DNA of 63,446 nucleotides, counting the filler, from Dugesia japonica (lineage: Eukaryota), in assembly GCA_001938525.1 (NCBI GenBank). It is 6 parts of 6 records of this genome, joined end to end, with 100 filler letters (N's around TTAATTAATTAA, not from the genome) between each part and the next. Parts side by side here need not be neighbours in the genome. Positions count along the whole stretch, not along the records: positions 41,356 to 55,018 come from MQRL01637029.1; positions 55,119 to 63,446 come from MQRL01642743.1; 4 more parts are not named here. One strand, written 5' to 3'. This document shows, piece after piece, positions 52,761 to 63,446 of the stretch. Numbering within the stretch: position 1 is the stretch's first letter; every line of letters starts with the position of its first letter. The position numbers were made by a program, and so were the translations under genes. The notes beneath the pieces were generated by a model that saw only the letters and a program-made list of their open reading frames with translations, made no database searches and was not told where the DNA came from.

Positions 52761-55309
52761 GTTTGTCATAATAGTACTATCCGACTTATTCACATCCAGC
52801 GAAAAGAATATTTGTACCAAGAAAATTTTTTTTGCAATCAACCATCACCGTTAATCGTAAGTCGACAATTCTATTATTCTATCTAAATCTGAACTTATCA
52901 CGACATTGCAGAAGAAAATTACCTTACCAGGCGTTGAAAATTACCCAGGAAAAATCACTGTTGAATTTTAGTTGAAAAATCCATGTTGCAGAAAATCTTA
53001 AGTGAAAGTGAGTAATAGTTTAATTATGCTATGCAATTATTGTAATAATTAATAAAGCACTAATCAAACCAAATTTGTTTAATTTAAAAAAAATTATTTA
53101 ATTGAATAGGTGAATAAGAATCATCGTTGACTGACATTTGTACTATACGAGCAATCACCAGGATAGCAGCTAACATGTTTATGACCAGGTATACGAGCAG
53201 ATGCCAGAACATATCTCATCCGCATGGCAAATTTCTTATATCACAAATATCCATCCTGCGAGTAGATTTGTCCTCGTAAATTTTCAGTAAAAGTGAGATT
53301 TATGAGTCACAAATAGAATCATGTTACCACCACGTAAATGTTACACATACAAACTCGACAACCGAGAATTAGTATAAATGTTCAAGTTATATTTTGTCAG
53401 CATGCGCTGAGTTGGAATTATTAATGGCAAATCTCGTAATGATATATATTAATGATTGTCGCATAATTCTACATTAACCTGCTCGTAAATTGATCAGCAC
53501 GGTCATAACTATCTCACCCAGAACACATGGCACTATACAGGTGTGTCAATCGTCGTAGGTGTAATTAAACCAACACTTTGCCGCAATTCATTATTGCCCA
53601 CCGGTTTTTGCGAGAGACAGAGTTACAAATAAATTGCTGATCACTATCTAATGTTGCAGGAATATGAAAACCTGCTGTATTTCTACTAAGCATAGCAATG
53701 GAGTTGATATCCTTAATATCCTATTACTGTTCATTATTACTATTTCATTATTGAGTGATATCATTATTTGAAAATTAATATTTCGTCAGTTATCGGTATT
53801 ATTAATATTTCATTATTTATTTCGCGAATTATTGTTATTAATATTCAGTTAGTCATTAAATTTATTATTAAGTATTAATATTTCGTGAACTATGGTTATT
53901 ACCATTTATTATTAATGTTTCGTTAAATATTGTTATTACTCATTATCATTATGTAACTCCACCACGAATATTGGTATCGTGGGTATGAGTACTATCAGCA
54001 TTATCGGTAATACTGTTTTTCTTCCGTAGTAATACGATTCTTAGCAGCACTCATTATGGGTAATGTCTTTTTCCTCGTTATTATTACGTATTATGGATAC
54101 TACCTTCATTCCAATTTTCGTTAACTAGGGATTCCAATGGCCCTATGGTTTTTACGGAAGCTATTATTTTTACTAGCATCATAAAAAAATTACGGTCATC
54201 TTCCCGATAAATAGCATTGCCATCAGTAGGCTTTATCTGGATTATTAGGTCTGGCCGGTAGGTGTCAATGAATTTTTGTTTTTCTTTCAAGATGAGAAAA
54301 TTATTATTAATGTTCATACTGAGGTTATGATCACTNNNNNNNNNNNNNNNNNNATGCATATCTACGACGATTATCAACGCTAGTATTGCTGTTGGTTGAA
54401 TTTTGGTGTTTATTTCATTTATTTTTTTAATAACCATTGGAAGTAGTACCAAGTTGTAATCGGATCATAGATTATTATTATTTTAGGAAATGTCGAAGGA
54501 ACTGGTACGCACCTTGAGACTAATTAGAAAACAACGAAGNNNNNNNNNNNNNNNNNNNNNNNNNNNNNNNNNNNNNNNNNNNNNNNNNNGTGTCAATGAA
54601 TTTTTGTTTTTCTTTCAAGATGAGAAAATTATTATTAATGTTCATACTGAGGTTATGATCACTATACTCATAATGGGTATCATGCATATCTACGACGATT
54701 ATCAACGCTAGTATTGCTGTTGGTTGAATTTTGGTGTTTATTTCNTTTATTTTTTTAATAACCATTGGAAGTAGTACCAAGTTGTAATCGGANCATAGAT
54801 TATTATTATTTTAGGAAATGTCGAAGGAACTGGTACGCACCTTGAGACTAATTAGAAAACAACGAAGAACAGACAGGATAAAACAGCTTATAGCCCATTT
54901 TTCCGAAACAAGTGGAACACCCCGATGAAACCGATCTACAGTGTTTCGTAAAGATGTTCCCACTTACGTTTAATGTGGACCTGGATGCAGAAGCATAGTT
55001 TTTATCTTTTTCAACATGNNNNNNNNNNNNNNNNNNNNNNNNNNNNNNNNNNNNNNNNNNNNTTAATTAATTAANNNNNNNNNNNNNNNNNNNNNNNNNN
55101 NNNNNNNNNNNNNNNNNNCTTATATAGGTCTTTCGACTTCCGTGTCTACCTACACCATTATATTTGTCTTGATCTGGTGTTTCACCCCAACACACCAAAT
55201 GATAAAAATTAGATACGTGAATACTATAAAAGAAAATTTATCCTACATTTCTCTGAAACAAACCACAAATCTAAAAGATCCACCATTAAAAAACGATAAG
55301 ATAACTGCA

Positions 55310-55800
55310 AATGTTACAAATTCGTATCCGATCCATTAACTACATCCAACAGCTGTTCATTTGACAGTGAATATTGAAAATGGACAGCTCGTGTACTTCG
55401 TAACAGAAAATGCACGTGCGGGAGCATGATCACCACCACCAACCACGTTAACTATATTTTTCTCCTCGTGCTGGATTTATATGTTTGCAAAGACACTACT
55501 TTACTCTAAGGTACCAACATACTACACATTGAATGCATCAGAAAACAAGTTTCAACGTTGCAAACAAAATAAAGTAGTTGTAGGATACCCCAATTTATAT
55601 TCATATGACGAATTAGGCCATTTATACACTATTAACTCAAACAATGAAGAATGATTTGACTTGAAATTACTGTTAATCAACGAACGTGAACCGATATCAT
55701 TACGAGAATTGAGAACAGTAAATAATCAAGTATATGCAACTTATCATGAAGCTTGCCAAGAATTGAAAATTTTGGAAAATGAATACTACACTCGCTTATG
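55310..55800 (+). mobile_element. Helitron Rep/Helicase fragment
   Basis: PTAVHLTVNIENGQLVYF..PPTTLTIFF..FAKTLLYSKVPTYY..LGHLYTI..ATYHEACQEL, typical of the Helitron Rep-to-helicase linker. Confidence 0.85.
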
Positions 55801-57424
55801 ATTTGAATACTGCTCATTATATGCACATTATTTGCAATAATATTGACAACATGCTTCAATNAACAGAATTAAAATACAAACACTTTTTTATTTGAGTGGC
55901 ATTGCAACTCATGCCGGGGTAATCGCTAGCAATTTACAATTCACCGTTTAAGAAATTTTAATATTTAATAAAATTTAAAATCCAACCTTGAAATTAAAGT
56001 TTAAACTTAACCTCAAAAACGATCTTTACAAAATTAATAAAATTAAAATATTTAAATAAATTAAAATAGCTAACACTAACAAATTTATCAAATAACAATT
56101 ATCATCCCATAATTTCATAAAACAAATTTATTAAAAAATTTTCAGGTCATTTTAATTTAAAAACTTTTTAAAGAATAATAATCATTATTTTGTTCTTTAA
56201 ATTAATATTTAAAAAATTTTAAAATAGAATATTTAATGAAAACGTAAAGATTTTAAGACACCTAGCAACTGTCGACGATTCGAAAAACATTTTTACTGTA
56301 AAAGAAATAATTTATATTCAGAAATAATTCAAAACTTAATTGCTATGATAACAAAAAATTTGCGACTTTTTAACTTCGTATTTACCAAAATATTTAATGT
56401 AAACAAAGAAATTCTCATAAGGAACGGAAATAATTTATTTTAGTAAACTTTTTGTTTTAAAATTTCTTGTAAAATGAAACTTTTTAACAAATAATTTACA
56501 TCAAATAATATCACCTCTTGTTTCGACTTTTCATTTATTTTCAAAAAAGGAAAATCTGATTTTAAAGCTGAAAAAGTATTCTACCAGATAGAAAATTAAA
56601 TGAAAAAAATTAATCTATTATATATTTTATAATTATTTATCTAATTATTAAATATCAATGATTAATTTTAGAAGCGAAACTATAACCTATGGAAACACTC
56701 TAGAATGTATAAAAATTTGTAAAAAAAATAAAATAATAGTAAATTAATAATAAATTAATAGGAAAAAATAAGACTCAATAAAACAATTAAGATGTTGACT
56801 TCATTCACGATAAGAGTAACACTTATTGACAATATCGGTATACATGAATTGATATTTGTTTTCAAATAAACTGACAACAAATATTTATTAATTTACTCTA
56901 ATTCAAAATCTTGTTTTAATTTAATATTTAAACGACAGTTAGTTGGTAGATATGAGCGTACCAAACTATTGCCCCTCGAGCGGGAATACCCCAACATTTT
57001 AATTTTTTGTGCGGGGTAATAAGTCATAGGATATCCATCTTTTCCTTTTTTTCAAATCTTTTTTTAATTTTTTTTAGCGAAAATTTTAAAAGTCAATTTC
57101 ATTTTCAAGGTCAAGGGTAGTAACCCCCTTCTCACGGAAACACATTACTTTACAAATTTCTTTTGTAATTTTTGTTTATTTGAACACTTTTGAGAAAATT
57201 ATTGCTTTTTTTCAAATTATTTATTTAGTTATTTATTATTTTTTTAAAAAAAATGTTTTTTTAACCATGTCACTCAAAATATTATCCAGTGATAAATGGT
57301 TGTGTTTTTATTTAAACAGCTTGCCAATGGCATTTCTTTATTTATTTTGTATTTCAATTGCATTATAACAAATTATTTAAAATTTTACATTATAGAAATT
57401 AATTATATATTAAATAAAACAATG

Positions 57425-57830
57425 GTTTATGTAAATTCGGTAAATTATTTCCTCTGGAATGGACATTTTGGATGATTTTTGGGTGATTTGGTTAATTATT
57501 TTCTCGGTCTAGTTAGTTGGGTGATTTTTAGATGATTTTGTCAATTATTTCCTAAGCATGGATAAACTTGGTCAATTATTTACTCACGGTGGTTGATTTT
57601 GGATGGTTTTTGGCTTACTGTGGTCAATTATTTACTCAGAAGGGACAGTTTTAGATGAATTTGAGTGATCATTTCCTCGAATTTGAGCAGTTTGGGTTGA
57701 ATTTTTCCGAAATTCATGATAAAAGTTGATTTTTTTTAAATTATAAGTTTTAAAAATAAGTAAAAATTTTCTATAGAAATCCGGGTGAACCACCCATGTT
57801 TTTTAATAATATGAAAATTTTGAAAAAAAT
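57425..57830. repeat. Degenerate GGTCAATTATTT-unit satellite-like repeat (larger copy 60720-61480)
   Basis: Recurring GGTCAATTATTT(C/A)CTC units; both copies end in the same CCG.GT.AACC..CATGTT..TTAA..AATATGAAAATT sequence. Confidence 0.7.
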
Positions 57831-57869
57831 GAAACATACATTAGTTCACGTTATTATTGTTATTAATAA

Positions 57870-58195
57870 ATACCCTAATCAGTTAGTTGTTATTGAAATA
57901 TGATAGAAGACAAGTATATTGTAATTGGCAACCACGTCAGAACTGTAAATGCTGTGACAAGCCAACAGTATCAACGGAAAGGAATTTTAGATACGTTACG
58001 AAAAATAGCGTAAGAACTAAAAAATTTTAACGTCAGAAAATATGATATGAAAGGTGCAAAAGAAGCTTTGAAATGATTTAAGGATATCGAAGAGTGAACT
58101 ATCGTTTACGATTTCAATTTGTTGGATATCTTTGATCAACCCTTGTGGGATGAATCAGGAATTCTTTGGAAAGATTTTAAAAAGATTGAGATCAC
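57870..58195 (+). mobile_element. Gypsy LTR end/PBS/gag start, same family as 7290-7620
   Basis: Clear nucleotide similarity, including the TGGCAACCACG PBS. Confidence 0.9.
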
Positions 58196-58199
58196 GTCC

Positions 58200-60415
58200 T
58201 ATGTTTGTATCATTTGGTTTTCAGAAATGTTCTCAATCAAAATGTTTTTTTATTTATAATTGCAAAACTAATGAGATTTTTTAGTAATAATTGCATCGCT
58301 AATGAGACTTTTTATTAAAAATTTGCATCACTAATGATACTTTTATTTAAAATTGCGTCACTAATATGTTTTTATGAAAACAGTTCTATATTTTGATCAT
58401 CTTGTAAAGAAAGGTTTTAATTTGAATATTGTATAATGCAAATATCACAAAGACTCTGCTCTTTGGTTATTTTTAATAGTAATATTTTTTTATTATGTAA
58501 ATATCACAAAGACGTCCTTCTTTGAAGTATTTTTTTTGATAGATATATTTTCATAAATGCAACTCAGAAGCATTACAGTTGCAACACACATACACTGAAA
58601 ATCACATGCCTGGGAATTTTTTATTAATACATGCAATAAGTATGCGACTCAGATGCAACACTTTTACACTGAAAATCATAGGTTTGAGAATATTTAATAA
58701 ATTTCTCACCAAATAAAAGTTTTTAAAACTCAACATAGCCACCATTTATTTTTTTTAAAAATGCAATAGATATGCAACTCAGTTGCAACTCAGATGCAAC
58801 ACACATACATTAAAAATTACGTGCCTATGAATTTTAGACTGCCTCATACCTTGGAAAATATCAAGTCTGTCTCATTGCATGCTAAATATAGAGGCTCCCA
58901 TGTTAAATAAAATGGCTTCTTATTCAAAATTTCAAGACTGTTCATACCATGCAAAATACCAAGACTGCCCGATATCTTGTAATAATATCCCAAAAAATAT
59001 CAAGACTGCCCATAACTTGCATAAATTTCTTGTAATATTATCTTAAAAAATATCAAGACTGCCCATATCTTGTAATAATATCTTAAAAATATCAAGACTG
59101 TCCATCTTATGCAACATATAGAGACTCTGCATGCAAAATATCAAGACTACCCCATCTCTTACATAAAAAAGTAATTTAATTTAATTTAATTTAATTTAAT
59201 TTAATTGTAATAAATGATTTCCGCCCATTGCAATGAAAAATTTCTTTTTTTTCAATTTCATGCCAAAATAATTTTTTTGACTTTACCAGCAAAATAATTT
59301 TTTTTGAATTTGCCTTCAAAATAATTTTTTTTGAATTTCCCACTAAAATAACTTTTTTTTGAATTTTCCGCCAAAAAGATTTTTTTTAAATTTCCCGCCA
59401 AAAAAGTTTTCAAAAATATCAAGACTCTTCTCATCCCCAGTCGAAAATCTTATAAAACAACACTTCCCCGATCAAAATACCGAAAAAATAACCAAAAATA
59501 CATCAAAAACTCAAAAATGATATTACTTTCATTAAATTCATCAAATTAAGCAATATACGGAATTTTTTACTAAATTAATTATTTCAAAAATTTATGACGT
59601 CATAACGACCCGACAGAAAAATTTTCCACATACCAAACTCCACCTCACAAAAATTTTTTTTAACACACCTTTACTACTTACAAAATAAACCAATCAAAAA
59701 GTAGTTCTTAAAATAAAAAATCAAAGCACATTCGACAACCAACATCTTCACCATCATAATACCTCTCCAACAAGCCATCAAACAACAAATTCCATCAACA
59801 ACATAAAAAACTACAACCAAAACAAAAACCACCNNNNNNNNNNNNNNNNNNNNNNNNNNNNNNNNNNNNNNNNNNNNNNNNNNACCTCTCCAACAAGCCA
59901 TCAAACAACAAATTCCATCAACAACATAAAAAACTACAACCAAAACAAAAACCACCCCCGATAACTCCTATTTTGTTCCCGTGTGCCACTACCCTTGTGG
60001 TGAAAACCATTCATCCAAAGTCATAAGTCCTTTAGACAATATATAGACCAAATTTTTGTCTGACAAGAAATAAATCTTCAAAATTCAAAAAAAATTATCT
60101 CTAAGATCTCCAGCTACTCCTCCTCGTTTTTTTCAGTCTTTTACACACACACAACCACACACACAAACACAACTTGACCTACTTTTTAAAAAGCATCTTA
60201 ACAACCCAAACACAAAGAAATTTTTAAAAATACACACATATACCTTCAGGATTAAAAAAAACTAATCAGATCAAAAAAAAAATTGATACGATAAAAATAT
60301 TTTTGATCCCAAAAATCTTAGAAAAAAAATTGATCACAAAAATCATGGTTAAAAAAACGCAGCTTAAGCATAATGTGTTTCAGAGCCCATGGGGGAGGGG
60401 GGCTCAATAACTGCT
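58200..60415. mobile_element. Probable Polinton non-coding terminal arm with several repeat arrays
   Basis: 58200-58540 resembles 37040-37320 in the Polinton contig; arrays of TGCAACTCAGATGCAAC, AATATCAAGACTGCCCA and E2F-like units; ends in a G-tract..ACTGCT. Confidence 0.45.
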
Positions 60416-60449
60416 TAAAAATAATTGTGCCCGAATTTTGGCTCTACTG

Positions 60450-60712
60450 GTAAAAAGGATGGCTCGATAAGAATGTGCGTGGATTACAGACAAGTAAATT
60501 TGAGGACAGAAAAAGTCTCTTTTCCAATGCCAGACATTCAGTTATTATTAGATTTTTTATCTGGCTCGAAAATATTTTCATCGATTGATCTGGGCTAAGA
60601 TTTTTACCAAGTAGAATTAGCGGGAAAGTTAAGGGATGTCACTGCTTACAGTACAAAGGAATGTAAATTTAGATTTAACCAAATGCCTTTTGGATTAGCT
60701 ATAGCACCGGCC
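60450..60712 (+). mobile_element. Gypsy RT fragment, same family as 9175-9375
   Basis: KKDGSIRMCVDYRQVN..FPMP..FSSIDL..TAYST..FNQMPFG. Confidence 0.9.
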
Positions 60713-61969
60713 AAATAAGTGGCCGAATAAGTCTAATAAGGTTAATTATTTCCTCGGTGAAGTTGAATTAGGTCAAATTTTTGGCTGGTTCAGATGAATT
60801 TGGTTCAATATTTCATTGGAATTGTTTGGTTTGGATAATTTTTGAGTAATTTGATGGAATTTTTACTCCGTATTGGTCAGTTTGGGTAATTTTTGGATGA
60901 TTTAGTCCAATATTTCCGTGGAATTGCTCTGTTGGGGGTAATGTTTTGGTGAATTGGTCGAATAGTTCCTCGGAATTAGGATAAGGTTTGAATAATTAGG
61001 TCAATTATTTACTCGGTTTAGGTAATATTGGTCAAACTTTTCATTGGTGAGGTCGAATCTGAGCAAACTTGATCGGTTTAAGGTTAACTTGGTCAAATTT
61101 TTCATCGATCTTGTTAAATTTGGTTAATTTCTGGGAGATTTGGTCAATTAATTCCTTAGGAATGGTTAATTTGGGTCAGTTTTTGCCAATTTTGACAATT
61201 ATTTACCTAATTCAGGTAATATTAGTCTAATTTTTTCTCACATTAGTCTATTTTGGTCAATTTTGAACGATTTGGTCAATTATTTCCTCACAAGAGTAAG
61301 TTTTAGCTGAATTGGAATGATAAATTTTTCGGGCTTGCCAGTTTGGATTGAATTTTAACGAAATTCATTTGAAAAATTGAATTTGTTTAAATTTTCAAAA
61401 TTTTAAATTTTTTTATGGAAATGTTTTATAGGGATCCGAGTAAACCGTTCATGTTGTTTAAATAATATGAAAATTGAAAACTTTTTAAATGAAATTTTTA
61501 TGGGAATCAGGATGAACAGTCTAAAATTTTTAATCAATATGTTCTATATTTCAGATTTCAAAGATTTTTATACCAAACTGCTGAGAATTTTACGGCGATC
61601 ATTTTTCAGAAATAAAAGTTTTCAAAAATACTTTCCTTCTCAAATAGGTTAAAAAAGTATTTATTCAATAGAGAATTTTTCGCTGATTCCTAATATAATA
61701 GTTGATTGAATAAATACTTTTCAAATAATTACGAGAAAAATATCTAAACCATTAATTTTAAGTGAAAAATATAGTGACTTTAGACTTTGTAAATTAATTA
61801 GTGAAATTTAATCTTTTTACAATTAAAAAGATTAAAATACCTTTACAATTTTTTATTTTCAAGTAGGATAGTAACAATAAGATAATATTGTTGTTTAAAT
61901 ATTCAAAAAAGTGTTTTGTAATAAATCTTTGAAAAGTGTATTTATATATAATGAGTCAAGATGGTATTA

Positions 61970-63446
61970 TAACTGGTGACCACGCCGAAATCACAGTTCT
62001 CACAAAGAATCAGCAGAGAATGAAAATTGTGAAATCGTTGCCAAAGAATGTTCAAGAATAAATTTATCCAATAATAAAAAAGTTTTTTGGATACAAGGAA
62101 GAAGATGCGAAAGAGTGGATTCAATCAATTGAAGATTTTGTAAGTATAAATTCTTTAAATTTATGTCCAGCATTCAATCTATTGCTGCACAGTGACGCTA
62201 AGGAATTATGGATAGTCTTTAAAGAAACAATAAAGATTCCGTTAGATTAAGATACAAGAANTTGGTACAGTTCAAAGTACATCAAGTCAAAAACATTTTT
62301 GCAAAAGATCAACGATTTGAGCCAAGTTAATCAACAATAAAATGAAAGGTGTGAAAATTTTGCTAATGGAGTGAGGAAGTTGGTAAGAAAAGTTTGGTAG
62401 GTTAAGCAAACAGAAAACATGATCGTTAATGATATAATTTCAAAACGAATGTGCTCCGGGAAAGTAAAGGAGTCAATCGCAATGAACCCAGATATATCCT
62501 TGGAAAAAATAGAGAAATTGACGATAAATTTTGAAAGTTCAATGAGTTTTACAATTGCAATTATTACGATAATAATTGTTGGACTTAACCATTGATCGTT
62601 TTATAGAATTCATTTAATANNNNNNNNNNNNNNNNNNNNNNNNNNNNNNNNNNNNNNNNNNNNNNNNNNATAAAAGCTTTGATCAAAATTTAGGTTTTAA
62701 TTATTGATATTGGATAACAATTCAATATCAATAATTAAAACCTCAATTTTGATCAAAGCTTTTATATTAAATGAATTCTAGTTCAATGAGTATTGAAGAA
62801 AGGTCAGAAGTTATTGCAATTGAAGATAGCAAAAGAGAATATAGGCCGACATATGCAGCCATAATAGGAATTTAAAGGCCAATTAGACACAATATATCAC
62901 ATGTAATCAAACCATTGGTAAAAAGTCAAGGGAGACAGTATTCCAACTCAAATTGAGGACTGCATGATTCAGAGACAAGTCAACCTATGGAAAGATTGAA
63001 CCAATACGATAAGCTCCAAAGACCTGTGGTTTTCATGAAGCATATTGCAAGACGAATATATAACAGAGTGAAAGGGTTACTTGAGCCTAAATTCAACCAT
63101 GGTGAGTCCGGTTATGTCAGAAACAACTGTCTATTGAATAATTGTTGTTTGATAGGACAATCAATTTTTTAATAATTGCAGCTTATTGCAAAAAACACAA
63201 GAAAGGTTCAGTGTATTCATAGAGAAAATAATTTAGACGATCTAGCATATGGCTATGACGATATGAAACATGATGAAAGCAGAGATTTCTAAGAGAAATA
63301 GATTGGAGCTTTTATATATGGTCAAAACACAAATAGACAAGATCATAATTTAAATGACAGACGTTTCATGGCATACATTTCATCTGTGGAGTCGTTGAAT
63401 TAAATTCTACAAATGCAAGAAATCGAAATGCTTTGATGTTCAAGAA
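61970..63446 (+). mobile_element. Gypsy gag to protease start (related subfamily), interrupted by a Penelope fragment
   Basis: PBS-like TGGTGACCACGCC at ~61974; EDAKEWIQSIE gag start; RPVVFMKHIARRIYNR resembles ~8110-8160; protease-like start at ~63428. Confidence 0.75.

Noticed and set aside
54270-54870. Direct duplication of ~270 bp
   Set aside because: Essentially identical copies on either side of an N gap; likely an unmerged overlap.
59760-59955. Direct duplication around a gap and a hydrophobic ORF
   Set aside because: Identical sequence flanking Ns; assembly artefact.

Overview
Very AT-rich eukaryotic DNA from a draft assembly. An invertebrate is likely, possibly a planarian-type genome, but the species cannot be fixed from the sequence. 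Five N-flanked TTAATTAATTAA spacers (~13735-13834, 22273-22372, 31565-31664, 41256-41355, 55019-55118) split the window into six pieces whose true adjacency is uncertain. Host content is small: an intact single-exon atoh8/net-type bHLH gene (49441-49956, -) and at least one isolated coiled-coil exon. The rest is decayed mobile DNA: Gypsy, mariner, Penelope-like (with minimal hammerhead ribozymes), piggyBac and Helitron fragments, plus a dense cluster of Polinton/Maverick (adintovirus-like) remnants at ~22.4-38.6 kb. That cluster covers pPolB, protease, a membrane protein, ATPase, integrase, major and minor capsid and core proteins. The main finding is that these Polinton remnants carry a compact, divergent two-repeat TATA-binding-protein (TBP)-like gene in two diverged copies. 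One sits head-to-head with the packaging ATPase and the other next to a terminal region rich in transcription-factor motifs, which suggests a Polinton lineage encoding its own basal transcription factor. All family assignments come from motif recognition by eye, not database searches.
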